A stretch of 61,163 nt of DNA, counting the filler, from Collodictyon triciliatum (taxonomy: Eukaryota): the NCBI GenBank assembly GCA_043381765.1. It is 4 parts of 4 records of this genome, joined end to end, with 100 filler letters (N's around TTAATTAATTAA, not from the genome) between each part and the next. Parts side by side here need not be neighbours in the genome. Positions count along the whole stretch, not along the records: positions 1 to 19,294 come from JBHJMP010000551.1; 3 more parts are not named here. The stretch is one strand, 5' to 3'. The position numbers were made by a program, and so were the translations under genes. Below the pieces are notes generated by a model. That model was not told the origin of the DNA and searched no databases. It worked only from the letters and a program-made list of their open reading frames with translations. Each line of letters starts with the position of its first letter. Position 1 is the first letter of the stretch. Positions 1 through 13,729 of the stretch are shown here, piece by piece.

Positions 1-105
1 TATCTTTTTCTATTATCTTTTTCTATTATCTTTTTCTATTATCTTTTTCTATTATCTTTTTCTATTATCTTTTTCTATTATCTTTTTCTATTATCTTTTT
101 CTATT
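1..105. repeat. 13-bp tandem repeat (TATCTTTTTCTAT)n
   Basis: About 8 direct copies at the window start. Confidence 0.9.
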
Positions 106-315
106 ACATTTTGGTTCTATGTTTACTACATGTTTGTTGCATTTTTGGTTGAATTTTTATTCTATCAATTGTTTCATATTGTGCTAAATAATTTTCTGTA
201 TGATGAATAATCTCTCATTTTTGTTTGTCAATTATAAACACCAATCTGATTTTCTATTTGCTTTCTTGGCTTTATCTACTAATGCTAAACCATTCCACTT
301 ATATCTACCTCGCAG

Positions 316-728
316 CTCCTGCTCATCAAATGACTGTTTATACTCGTACCGGTATGGTGGATGATTGCTCATTGCCTGTGAGTAATACTTTATCTACCCA
401 TCGGTATATATTAGCTTATCTTTTTGTTTATTTTTTTCCATGCTTCCGAAAGATTGAATGAGTTAACTGAGCAGTGGAAGAAGTTTTACGAGTGCGGCAA
501 ACTGCAGATGGGCCATCCGAATCCTACTCGAGTCAGACTTCTTTTCTTTTTCTTTTCTATCTTAAAAATATCATTATTGAAATAAATGTGGGTTATTTAT
601 CATCGCTTAATTTACAGGAAGATCTGGAGCGCAGGTTTCCTCGGCCAAAGTCTCATTTTGAAGCGCTGAAGAAACAAGAGAGAGAGGCAGCAAGCAGCCA
701 GGCAACCAGGAATAAAGCAACTGAGTAA
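316..728 (+). CDS. Probable 3' exons of an unidentified spliced gene (partial; frame uncertain)
   Basis: GC-richer blocks bounded by AG/GT at about 316-351, 475-531 and 618 onward. No recognisable motif. Confidence 0.3.
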
Positions 729-1260
729 TCATAGCAAAAGGGTCGAATCTGACGGAATTATCTGGGCTCTTCTGTTTGATGCGATCACTCCCCAAGGCTT
801 CACTTTTCGGATCAAAAGAAAACAATAGCAAAGATATTACAAAAGAACAACACGCAAACTGCAGATCAAGCGAGGTGACGTTGTTGAGAAAAGCCCAGGC
901 TGTGAACCTCTTATGTCCTCAAGGTCAACCTGAAAGCCTTGGGAGACTCCACACTCTCGCATTTCATATTCACCCACTTTTCGCTTTGAGCCTCCTGCCA
1001 CAAAAGTTACGACCGCGAAGAGCCGAGCCGATTAGTTTTTTTTTTTCCAAAATCAACCAACGCAGAAGTATTGCAGTTCTTCAGGGATATGACTGAATAC
1101 TTTTTTTTTGTGACTCCCTTAGCTCTATTTCCAATGTTATCTGCTCTTTTTCGCTTCCCCTTGCTCGTCTCTCTTATTTTTATTTTTATTTTTATTTTTA
1201 TTTTAAAAAAAGAAATTGTTTTTGGTACATAGAAGAAATATCCTACACAAAGACAGCAGG

Positions 1261-2141
1261 ATGGCCGACGCGATGGACACCAAAGAAGAATCCGCTTCGT
1301 CAGCATCCGGAGCACAGACATCAGAAAAGAAGGCGAAGCGCTTCGAAGTAAAGAAATGGAATGCAGTTTGTCTCTGGGCTTGGGGTAATCTTTGATGAAG
1401 AGATTGTTTCTTCAAATAGTAATAACGAAAGAAGGAAACCTGAAACATCATATCTATACACAAATCTCAGTTAACTAGACAAAAAAAAAAGTCTGCCCAG
1501 AATGTTATGATTGGTGACATAGCTTATGTTTGTTTGGAGATCCCTGTTGTTGTGGCTGATGTGTATATCCTTTCGTGCTTAGACATCGTCGTGGACAACT
1601 GCGCCATTTGCAGAAATCACATTATGGACTTGTGTATCGAGTGCCAAGCAAACCAGAACGCACCGTCAACTGAGGACTGCACCGTTGCGTGGGGAATTTG
1701 CAACGTAAGTATATCAAACGCACATCCCATATGTTTGTGTCAAGGAGACTAGAACGCGTGAAATGAGTAAAAGAATCATTTACTATCGTGTGATAACAAT
1801 CATTTTTTGATCGCAATTGCTTCCTACACATTAGCATGCGTTCCACTTCCACTGTATCTCTAGGTGGCTCAAAACTAGACATGTGTGCCCACTAGGTATG
1901 GACTAGACAATATCAATCATGATACAATCCGGTCATACTCAAATATGTTTTCATTTTTTCCCCTCCTCTTCTTATAAATCATGTCCCGAACCTTTGGAAA
2001 AATCGAAAGACAACAGAGATTGGGTGAGTAAACACACATCACACATCCGTACGATTTGCCTTCTCTCTTTTTCTTTTTCGTTTTCTTTTTTCTTTTTCTT
2101 TTTTCTTTTTCTTTTTTCTTTTTCTTTTTCTTTTTTCTTTT

Positions 2142-2210
<69 letters not shown>

Positions 2211-2395
2211 CTTTTTCTTTTTTCTTTTTCTTTTTTCTTTTTCTTTTTCTTTTTCTTTTTCTTTTTCTTTTTCTTTTTCTTTTTCTTTTTCTTTTTCTTT
2301 TTCTTTTTCTTTTCCAGCTTAACACACGTCTAAACGATATCAAAGGCTCATTGTATCCACTCCGTCTCTAGGAATTCCAAAAATACGGACACTAA
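1261..2395 (+). CDS. RBX1: RING-box protein 1 (cullin-RING ligase subunit), 5 exons
   Basis: Exons 1261-1384, 1583-1704, 1835-1895, 2010-2023 and 2372-2395, all with GT-AG introns. They give [41 protein letters not shown]...[41 protein letters not shown]. Confidence 0.98.
2065..2315. repeat. Poly-T/(CTTTTT)n tract in the last RBX1 intron
   Basis: Directly visible. Confidence 0.9.
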
Positions 2396-2993
2396 AGACA
2401 AGAAAAATTCTCTGGGAAGCGGCGCTGATGAGCATACAGATATGATGGACTGCTACATAAACCCACCCAAACAAACAAACAAACAAACAAACAAACAAAC
2501 AAACAAACAAACAAACAAACAAACAAACAAACAAATGGTTGGTGGCTGTGTCTGGAATCAAATCCATTTTCTAAACTTGGAATTTATTTCTTCACAGGAT
2601 TTTGGCTGCAACAGTTGAGTCAAACCCAAATTATAAGCACACTATAATACAAAAAGCTGTATTGAGTTAATTATATTATGTGATAGAATTAGGATATGTC
2701 TATGAGCAAGGATTTTCCTACTTAAGCATTCTAAAAAAAGAATTTCCAAAGAGATGAACATTAGATTTGCCCAAATTCGTCGCATCGAAATTGCTTAATA
2801 AGGAAATGGCATCTCCCCACCAACGGCCCCAATCGTCACTTGCTTACACACACATTGCAACACGCAACTTTTCCTATACAACACACAACCACAACCAACA
2901 AAGGCCAATCAGATCAGCCCAATCAATTCATCACTCATCACTCATCACTCATCACTCGCCGCTCATCACCTAATCGCAGACCAACACCCCCAC

Positions 2994-3653
2994 ATGCCGC
3001 ACCCACACACGCCCGCAACAGCCGCATCACCGACGAGCGAGTCGCACTCACCCGAACCAACACCCCCGCCCACATCTGCGAGTGCGCTGCTCGATGAATC
3101 GCTGCTTATCGAGATCGCCTCGCTTCAAGACTTTGAGAGCCCCGGCTTTATCGACTCCCTCTATGCGCTTTACTTTGCAAAAGTCGACGCTGCACTCGTT
3201 CACATCCACCAGGCCATGTTTGTTTTCCACTCCCCTGTCCTCACCTCCTGCCCCGTCCTACTCTCCTCCGTGATTACTGCCGCACCTTTCATGATCCTTT
3301 CAGCTAGCTTCTGCCTCATTTTTTCTTTTTTTTCCGCCTTACAGCCTCGATGGCAACTTCTCTGACGCACTGCGATCGGCACACCAGTTACGAGGCAGCT
3401 CAGCGGCAGTTGGGGCGCTCCAAGTGTCTGAAGTCTGTGCTGAGATTGTGCAGCTGTCAAAAGCAACCAACGCTGCAGGTCTGCCTCTCTTGCTCTTTTT
3501 CTTTTCTTCTTATTCCGCACACAGCATGATGAGTGATTCCCAGACTCACACACCCGCACATATCTCTCAGGTATCGGCGCTGCCCTCCACAGGCTTCACA
3601 CGGCGCACTGTTTCACCAAACAACAGATACAAATCTTCTTTCGCCTGCATTGA
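2994..3653 (+). CDS. Histidine-containing phosphotransfer (HPt) protein, AHP/Ypd1-like, 3 exons
   Basis: Spliced product LLDESLLIEIASLQDFESPGFIDSLYALYF...LDGNFSDALRSAHQLRGSSAAVGALQVSEVC. It matches the HPt HxLKGSSxxxGA motif with the phospho-accepting His intact. Stop at 3651-3653. Confidence 0.88.
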
Positions 3654-3728
3654 GTCGCACCCCCACGCCAGCACGCTTCCAGAGTATTTGCACGGCCCTG
3701 CTTCTGCCTCCATCTGCTCATCCCTTCC

Positions 3729-3809
<81 letters not shown>

Positions 3810-4058
3810 AGTCTGCATCGCTCCTAGGCTTTTTGCTTTGGTACCAAAGTAGGGCATCCCCTCCTTCCTTGTAAAACACACCTGCTCCCCACCAACGTAA
3901 TAAACCTGCCCACCAAACAGCAGCACGACCCGCATCGATTCCCTTTTCCTGCCTCAGAACGCAGAGCCACAGAGCAGACGAAAAGAAGCCCGCACTAAAA
4001 GCCTCAGCCTCTGAGCAGGAAACGCAGACGCAAAGACTCACACGCACAGCAGGGCCAA

Positions 4059-5660
4059 ATGCTTCGACTTCTGCTCCAGCACACACCGCAAGCTGTCCGC
4101 TCCTCCTCCGGGCCACGAGTTTCCCAGGCCTTCATGTTTCAGCGCCGCTTCTTGCGCGATGATCCACTCGCCTCACAAGACGCACCCGTCTCTGACGATC
4201 GCGCCGATCTGCCGGTTGCCAAACTTGCCCGGAGTCTTGTCCAGCTGCGCATCAGTGGGACGCTGTGCACGCTGGATGTCTCGAAACTTGACAACAACGA
4301 CAAGTGAGTGTTTCCGGAGTGCCGTGAACATGTTTGGTAGACCTTTGCATCTGCTTCTGTGCGTGTGAACGTGCGTGTGTCTCTTGTTTGTTTGTCTCCA
4401 CTGCGGTTGCCTTCGGCATTGTTTCCCTGTGTGGCTTGCTCTGTTGATTCTCTGGGTCTATCATCATCCATATATCCACCGTAACAACAACCACCCGTGT
4501 GAGATGTTGCGACTAGACGACTTGCGCGCCAGCTGCTAACGAACCCACACAGGCGTGATGCTGTCCACTGCACGATGATGCCGTACGTGAGTGATGAGCG
4601 AGGAAATCCCATCATCAAGCTGAGTCATGATGAGCTGCACTTTCAGTATCTGGAACGGTACGACGAGGCTTCGATGGTCATTACGCCTCTTTGTCCTCGC
4701 TTTGTCAATCCCAACCACGCTCCTCTTCCCCGCCTCAATCTCGTGACCACTCCCCAGGATGTCTCCAAGTTTACTGGTGTATGGATACTTTATCATCATT
4801 ATTATTGTCATCATAACTACGCGCAACATAAAGCCCATGGGTTTACACCATCAATCAGATATATGTTTGTGTCATTTTTTATATGTATATAGGGTTTCAT
4901 ATATATCTATATTCATCAACTAAATGTTCGTTGCGGGTATTTCATAAGAAATGTGTTAACCTATTAAGTGATACAAAATAAGGAGAAGAAAACTACAAAG
5001 TAACTGTTCTTACTAACTCCTTCCACCTCATTAGTTCGTCGACATGTTTGCAAAGGTTCATCCCAAAAGTGCCGAAATGGAGAAACCAGGCCAAAAATAC
5101 AGCTATATTCGCCTCAATGTAGACCGCGCCATCTGGAAGTCCAGGTATTTTCTTCATCGCCCTACCTTTGCTGCATAATCCGACCACCAATCCTATTTTA
5201 ATGATTCTCATCTGATAAGCACCTCAATCCAACACCAAGCACTTCTGCCACCACGGAGCTGGACGTTTTCGCGTATCGCGCTACTAACCTCGACCCTGTT
5301 CTGTCAAACTCCCGCCACCTTCTCACCCACCTGAATGAGCGCTACCACGACTGGATTTGCAAGTTTACACAGTTTGTTTCCTTACTGAATGAATAATAGA
5401 AGAGAAAATGAAATATAATCATTTGTAGAAATATCACTGTTTTGATGAGTAGCACATATTATCGCCTCATATTTCCCGGTTTGTTGCTCAGGTCCAAGGA
5501 TGCATTCATTTACATCGTGGATCAGCAGGGGTTCAATGTTTTGTCAAAGCCCGACCCTGCAAAGGACGAGTGGCAGGATAATCGGGTCCTATTTGAAACT
5601 ACAGCCCAGAACGAAGATGAATGCCGATGGAGAATCGAGTCTATTTTGCAACCAAGCTGA
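4059..5660 (+). CDS. HugZ/GluBP-like split-barrel (pyridoxamine-phosphate-oxidase-like) protein with a probable mitochondrial presequence, about 5 exons
   Basis: Arg/Ser-rich N-terminus (MLRLLLQHTPQAVRSSSGPR). Motifs ARSLV..ISGTLCT, MPYVSDERGNPIIKLS, LPRLNL, DPVL..SRHLLTHLNE and VDQQGFNV..NRVLF resemble the split-barrel plus DUF2470 architecture. Confidence 0.65.
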
Positions 5661-6021
5661 GCTGAGCCGAGCCAAGGCAAGGCCATGGAAAACGCGTAGA
5701 TAAAAGAGCAAAACACAGAAGCACACACACACACACACAAAAAAAAAAGGCAGTCTTTGTATCACAATCACCTTTTTTTTTGGTAGAATAAAATTACAAA
5801 AGAAAAGGATATATGTGATTTTCGTATTATTTATAATCGAAGCAAGACCACGAGTCGGAACGACAATCTGCTCCGCCCAGTTCGATGTCCTATTCATCTG
5901 AAGGTGCAGCTGGAAAGAGGAGTGGGCATATGGGGGTAATAGATAAAAGATAAGAAAAAAAAAGAAAGGAAGAAAAGTAGGAACATAGCATCGACCCTGA
6001 CAACAGCATCACCCCGTCACA

Positions 6022-9000
6022 TCACGCTCCAATCATCTGCTGTAAGCGAAGCACATCATCCTCGGCCCTGTCAAACCCAAGCTGCGCAGCCATCTGATAA
6101 TAGGCCAGCGCCTGGGGATAATCCTGCTCCACCCCGCTTCCAGCCTCCAGGCTTGTCGCATAGTTTGCAGCCCCGCTCGGGTCGCCGGCCTCGGCTGCGG
6201 CTCTGAAAAGCTCGGCTGCTTTCTGGAAGTCCTGGTTGACATACTTACCCTTCTTGTAAAACAGGCCCAGAGACGTCATTGCCTGCGGATGCCCGCTTTC
6301 GGCTGCTCTTCGGACGTAGTAGAACGACTGCTGTGCATTGGATTCTACGCCCACACCGCGCTTGTAAAAGAGAGCTACCGTGACTTGTGCTGATGTGAGT
6401 CCTGCGTCGGCAGCTTGTTTGTAGAAGTGAAACGCAAGGGCTTCGTCCTTGGCTACGGTCACCCCATTCTCATAGAACCAGCCGATTTTCTCCTGTGCCA
6501 AGGAGTCGCCATCCTCGGCTGCAATCTTGTAGTATTTAAACGCCTGTTCGTCGTTTCTCTCCACTCCAATACCGTTCTGGAAGCAGGCTGCAAGAAACGC
6601 CGCAGCCTGATTCTCTCCACGTTCAAAGGCATCCATGTATGACCGGAATGCGCGCTCATAGTTTTGCTCCGCACCACGGCCGTTTTCAAAGCACCAGCCC
6701 AGGTGAATGAGAGATTCGAAGTTGCCGTGCTCAGTGGAACGGACAAGCAAATCAACAGCCTTCCTGTCGTCTTGTTTGACTCCTTCTCCCGTAAGGTAGG
6801 CCAGGCCGAGGTGCATCTATCAAGTGAAACAGAAATTTGGCAAATATTCATTTGTGAATAAAGACTCTGGATTTACAAAATTAGATGCTACCAATAATAA
6901 ATAAGTAATGCGTGAATCAAGTCGATTTCTATGTATCAAGGCAAGTAAATGGCAAGATGAGAGGAAGTTTGCTTTGTTTTCGTTCTTTACTTGCGCAATA
7001 ACATCGCCTTTGGTAGCAGCCAGAGAAAAATAGTACGCAGCCTTCATCAGGTCCTTTTCAACTCCGTCACCGTCTCGATATAATATCCCCAGATTGAGCT
7101 GGAAATATAAAGTGCTTAGAATAGATGTGAGATGAAAGGAGTATGTACCCACACAACCAGGCTAATTTTTGGCGAGTACAGCGTGAGTGCACTTCTTTTT
7201 TTCTTTTAGTAAAAGTAAATGAATAAAAATAAAATAAAAAGAACAATTAAACAGGGCAGAGCTGATAGAATAAAAAGAGCTAAATAAACATTTTCCCCCT
7301 TTATCCCATTCCAAGAAGGAGCAAATAAATCATAAAGTAGAAACCTGTGCCAAAGAGTCCTGCTTTGCAACGGCCGACAAAAGTAATTTTACAGCCTCTT
7401 CCATGTTCTTATCAGCCCCGACACCGAATTTGTAACATAGTGCGAGATTCGACTGCGCTGTGGCATTCCCCATTTTAGCTGCTGTCTGGAAATACAGGAA
7501 TGCTTGCTCGTAATTCTTTTGAACACCTATTCCATTTGCAAAGCAATATCCAATATGTGTGAAAGCAACAGGGTCCTTTAGCTTGGCAGCCTCAGAGAAG
7601 TGACGTACAGCCGCTTTCACGTCTTGAGTCACACCAATTCCTTTCTGTGTATATTGATTTTAGTATAGTTAACTCTTGACGAAATGTAGAGGAGTATCAA
7701 ATGTTTTTATTTTGGAGACTAGTGTCGGCGGCCAATATAATACCGCCCCAATTGGGAGTAAAATTTGTAAAGGTGATAAGACAAAAGAAGGAGAAAAGAA
7801 AAGAAAGAATTAAAAGAAATGATTACATAAAGAGCCAGTGAGTGTTTCATCAAACAATTATTTTTTTTATTACCTGATAGCATATACCAACATTCACGAG
7901 ACCAGGTGGATATCTCTTATCGGCAGCAGCGAGGTAGCATCGATAGGCTTCTTCTGGGGACTTTGCAATACCTAGACCATGCTCGTGAAGGAACCCCAAT
8001 AATACGAAAGCTCTAATCATTATTTTTTTTTTATAATGAGGACCCAAATTACACTCCATATTGCACAATAGTAGTTTATCTTTTATCCTATAAACTTTGT
8101 AATAATTTCCCTCATATAATTACCATACAGACCTTGCATGCCCCTTCTCTGCAGCCAGTTTGTACAAACGTGCAGCTTCTGTGTAGTTCAGAGCAACTCC
8201 GCGTCCATTTTCATACATAGTCCCTAATTCTGTGATTGCTTTCAAGTCTCCTAGTATTTTATTCCGTCAACTGCTTAGTTGATAAACAAATAAGTCATAT
8301 CAAATATACCAATTCAGAAAAAAAAAATCAAGATAGGGTAGCTAGGAAGTGCAAAACTCTGGCAGTCTAACCCATCTGTTGATAGATTATACCTTGCGAT
8401 GCCGCTCTGCTAAATAGCTCGAATGCATGTGCATAATTTGCTGTTACTCCTAATCCATATGCATAACAGAACCCAAGACTTGCCTAGGGCATTATGAATT
8501 CATAATTTGAGTGTTTTTCTTAAAATTAATTGAAGTAAGCAAATAAGCAAATAAACCCGTGATACTTTACTGGGCACTTTGTTGATTTTGGGGCAAACAT
8601 AATAGTGGCAGAGATCATATTTCCTATTATTGTTTTTTTGTTTGCTTATTACTCTTATTAAAAGAAGCATCTGTCAGTTACCAAAGCGCGTATGTGACCG
8701 AGCGACGCAGCCTTTTGGTAAAACTCCACAGCTTTGATGAACGACACGGAAGTCCCGAACCCTTTCTCATAGCACCAACCGATGTTGGTCATGGCCTCAG
8801 GGTCCCCACGGGCCGCCAAGGAGAGATATTGCTGGAATATGCCGGCTGGAGGCATGTTTGCCATGAGACTGGGAAGCGGAGCTGCCACCTCATCCAGATA
8901 CTGTGGGGACGGGATTGGCTGGTTGAGGCTGCTGAACGGGTTTGGATTGGGAGCCGCAGTCGGCTGGATTTGCTGGCCATACGACCGCACTGCGCGAAGT

Positions 9001-12000
9001 GGCTGCTGCTGGCGGTCCCATGTCTCAAGGGGCTCGAAGGCCTGTGTGAGTTGGGGCCCCAGAGGAACAGACCGCCCAAAAGCAGGTGCCTGCTTGTGAG
9101 CTTGATGATAGATTGGCTGTTGTTGCAGCTGTGATACAGATGCGTGTGGGTTGTGTGTAATATGTGCCGTGCTTGCCTGGTGAGGAGTCTGGACATGACT
9201 CGGGAAACTGCGCTCTTGTGCAGCCATCGCTGGGATGTCATGTGGTATGCGCTGGTCGGGCTGTGTGAGTTCGAGAGAGCCGTGGGGGTAATTGCGGTGA
9301 TGATGCTGGTATTGTCTGTACCCCTGATGGGGCTCGTGTGAGACGGTCGGAACGTATTGGCGTGCTGAGTTTGACTGGAATATCGCTTCATCGATTTGCG
9401 GCTCGGCCTCTGCGTACTGACTGCCGTAAGGGTTGTGGTGCGTTGGTTGCTGACTGTAGTTGTGGACAGGCTTTGGCGGGGCGGTTTGGGCCTCGGTCGG
9501 GGCATATGGCGTCTCTGATGACTTGAGCAGGCGTATTTCCTTCTCAGCCATGCAAGCAACAAGATTGGCCTTTGCAACTTCGTTTCCGAGGTCGCTGGCA
9601 CGCTGAAAGTAGCGGATGGCTGTATCTATATCTTTTTCCACGCCGGTGCCGTTGGAGTAGCAGCACGCTAAGTTGGTCAGCGCAGCAGGGTCGTTCTGGT
9701 CACTTGCTACGCGGTAAAACTGAACAGCTAGTTTGTAGTCGATTTCAACCCCGAGTCCGCGCTCGTAGCACCAGCCCAGATTGGCTTGACTGCGCGGGTC
9801 ACCTTTGCCGGCAGCAACTTTGTACCATGTGACAGCGGCCGAGTGCTCTCCTACTTGGCTGTAGCAGAACCCAAGGTTGGTCTGTGCCCGTGTGTCGCCC
9901 TGGTAGGTGAGATGGCTTAATATCTGTGCATTTTGCGATAATAATCTGATAGCAACGAAGAGGAGGAAAAAGGGGAAATAGTAGAAAAGCATTTGTTTTT
10001 TGTTTTTTTCCAATGACGGAAAATTCTGTTCAAAATATTTGATGAAACTATTATGACTGGATCGCTGTTCACGAAAGATAACCAATGAATATCTTGGTCA
10101 ATTTGTATTATCAATCTTTTTGAAAGAAAGAAGAAAGAAAAGAAAAGAAAACACGATCAAGTGGGTCAATACCAGATTTGCTGCCTTTAGGTAAAACTCG
10201 ATGGCCTTTTGGGTGCTCAACTCAACACCATATCCCTTTTCGTAGCACCACCCTATATTTGAAAGAGACCGAGCGTGCTCATGCTTTGATGCGAACGTAA
10301 ACAGTTCGTACCCTCTTTCATGGTCTTGAACAGCACCGTGGCCCTCGATGAAGCAGATGCCGAGGTGGCAGATAGAGTCAAGGTCATGGAAATCTGCAGC
10401 CAAAGTCCACCATTCGACTGCTTGAGAATAGTTCTGGTCAAAGCCACATCCATTGTAATATGCATAGCCCATAATCAGCATAGCAAGAACGTTTCCTTGC
10501 TGCGCACAGCCACGAATCACATCCAAAATGCGCAAGAATTGCGGTTGAGGAACACTATCCAGAAAAGACCGCATTGCACGCTCGGAACCATCTTTCCATG
10601 TCGATGTTTCCTTCAGAAGTCGAACTAGATAGGTTGTTGTATATTTACTCTGGGTGGGGAGACTGTCCAACAAGATTCCAGTCAGCGCAGCTTCGCTCCC
10701 CGAGTGGTTAAATGGCGTACTCGAGTGTTTTGGTCGAAATGAATGTCTCTTCGGTTTTGCAGGTGGGTTGTCTTTTTCAGTTTTTGTGAAATTGATTTCT
10801 GGTCCAAGAGGATTACTTTCACTCAGCTTTCTTATATTTCCATATCTAACGTATTCATTTTCTCCTCCTCTATCCGAGATCTGAAATTGAACATGTTGAG
10901 CAGATTCTGCAGTAGTCTTTTTAGCTTGGGGGACTTCATAATCTTTTCTGACTAGGTCAGCAGGGGTAAAAGAACGAGCAATGGTTTGCTGCACATTAGG
11001 GGATGCATCTACGGGCTGTGAAAATCCCATAGTCTGTCCATATGCTTCGCGATTCTCAAATTTTTTTGGGAGAAAGTTGGAAGCGGCTGGCTTAGCTGCC
11101 TCCTGAATTACTGATGGGATTGTCTTGGAGCCGTAATGAGAGGGAAGAGAATGTTCTGGTTCATCGATATTGGTTTGGCTTGTAAACTGCTTGTCTGTTT
11201 GTGATTGTGATGCAAGCAGGGATTGCTGTGATGGTAAGAATGAATGAGTTTGACTCTGACTTTTTGTGATAACTTCCAGTAAAGTCTTTGAAGTATCCAA
11301 ATGTCGCGGGGTGACGTATATTTGATTCAAATATGGGGATGAAGATATTTGCGTTAGTTTGGAGGCATAGTCAACATACAGAGCTATCGACGGAACAGTA
11401 GTGTGGTCTGTAAGTGCTCTGATCTGGGGTAGGTATTGTAAGGTAAATCCGTTCCATTCCTTTTCAATAAGAGACCATTCCATGCTGATTTTGTCCCATT
11501 CCTTCTCCACATTATGTGACAAAAAGTCTCGTTGACTCAATAGCGATTCATAATGCTGTTGGTAAAAACGAGCCTGAGTTTCCAAATTCATTATTATCCT
11601 CGAGTCTGTTTCTTGTTCGATGGATGAGTATATGGTTTCTTTATCATTCTGGACTTTTTCAATCTCTTCAGCCAAGTATTGCCACTGCAGTTCAAGAAGT
11701 TTAAGCTGAGGGTGATCGGTGAACCTCCATTTATCACAAAGCTCTCCCAGCTGGATGGCCTTCTGTCTTAGTAATTTTTCAACTTTAAGCAACCCATCTG
11801 CGCTCGCTGAGCCACGAGCCGATAGGTTTACCTGCTGGTAGCTGACGGCTCGTATCAAATTCTGAATAATCTCATGTTCCGAAGTAATGATTCCGAGTCC
11901 AAATCTCCATTGCAAGTCGGGTGTTAGCGTCTTTCTTGAGGAGTAGAAATCCAGGAGCCCCACGAGGCGCTGATGATTGGATGACTGTCTTCCTTGGTAT

Positions 12001-12977
12001 GCCCATGTCTTGTGCTCTGGTTCATCTACACTGACTATAATGTGAGTGAGAAACTGGATAATAGAGATGGCAACTCTCCAATTCAAGCAAGAAAGGTTGT
12101 TGTGATTCAAGACCGGGACGAGACATTCGACTAGAAAAGGATACTGCTGGATGTATGGTGTTAATTTTTTGAGCAACAGAACGGTAGGAAACCAAGCTTC
12201 GAATGGGGTCATCTGAGAACAAGAAGCTGACGCCAATGTGATCAAATGTGACAGTATTGATATGATTTCTTCTCGTCCGGGAGAAAATGGTGAGTGTGAG
12301 GATGAAGCTGGGCCATCCTCAGCAAAGTGCGATGTTTGACCGTAGGCCTTATACATCTCCTTGGAACTTATGGACGAATGGGATTGCCCTGGCTGCGGCC
12401 ATTGAGACAGTTGCCTGAAGAGCTGGATTGCAGACGGGGGAAGCGAGAGAAGAGGCTCCATAGCAATGAGGCGGCGGCACGTCTCCCAACAAAAGTCCAC
12501 CGACAGCAGGACGTTTGGATCGAGCTTTGCAGGGAAGTTTCTGCAGTGGCCAATGACCACTTGCAAGGACTGCACGTCTTCTGGAGACAAAATCTGCGTT
12601 GCATCAGTCGGGATTGTCGAATGCAGCACGTTGTGTGGAGATGAGGACTCCAGGAACTGCATAACGAGCAGTTGGCACAGCTCCCGCAACAGCGCCACGG
12701 TCGGGGCAAGATGGGAGTCATGTCCTGGGAAAGAGTGTTGGCTGTGTTGCAGGATTTTCTGGCAAACAAACTCTGCGGCTGCGCATAGATCAGACACGGA
12801 CTGGATTTGAGAAAAGTGTGGATCTTGAAGGACTTGTGCGGCCTCCTTCAAAGCCTGCTGCTGCTGCGGGGTTTCCAGGGCACATTGCACAAGGATGCTA
12901 CGCAGATCGCGTCCGTTGGCACTTGCTGCGTCGTGTCGGGCCGGAATTACCGGAAACTCTGCTCGGCTAGCGTGCAT
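6022..12977 (-). CDS. Large multi-exon SEL1-like (SLR/TPR) repeat protein
   Basis: Many A..NLG.CY..G.GV.KD...A..YY..AA..G repeats across the exons between 6022 and about 10520, a Q/P-rich spacer, and a long non-repeat N-terminal exon starting at ATG 12977. Confidence 0.9.
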
Positions 12978-13729
12978 CTGCAGACGAAACAGCCGTTCGA
13001 GGTTAGTTTGCTAAGGGTGGTTAATAGTGCTCTTTTGAACGGCTTTTGTCGGGTCATAGGGCTAAAGGCAAAGTTGTGTTGGCTCTAACATTAATTAATT
13101 TTTTTTTTTTTTTTTTTAGAGGAAGTATTGATCTTTTTCTTTTCATTTTCTTTCTCTTCTTCTTTTCCTTGATCTCCGAAATAAGTGCAAAAACGATAGA
13201 AGGACTCGGTCGGTTGGATTAGCGTCACTTGGGTGGGTTTGGCTTCTTTGTTTTTTGGCTGGTTTGCTGGTTCGCGTTTGCTGTCCCGCGCCTTCGTCCT
13301 TGTCTGATTTGATCTGGGATGCACACAGGGGACATTTCTCTGTGATGGAGACACTATTATTCATGAGTTTATTTATAATCTGGAATATATAATATAATAC
13401 CTCAGTATCCCATTAAAACAAATTAAATACTAAATAGTATATCTACTATTACAACTAATACTACAATAAATAAAATACAAATCCATATTATACAGTTAAA
13501 AATATATGGTAATTCGTCTCATGTTCCTTTTCGCCTTTTTTTCGGTGAAACATCGGCTCGGCATTCGAGCAGTCATAATGTGGGTGGGACGCAAGGGTGA
13601 AGGTTGGATTTGAGCGCGACTTTGGTGTACCTGACCCGCCAAGCATATAACCCCCGCCTTTCCTTATCTTCATTCCTTTTTCTCTACAATTTCTTTTATT
13701 CCTTTATTCTTTTTTCTTATCCCTTTTTC

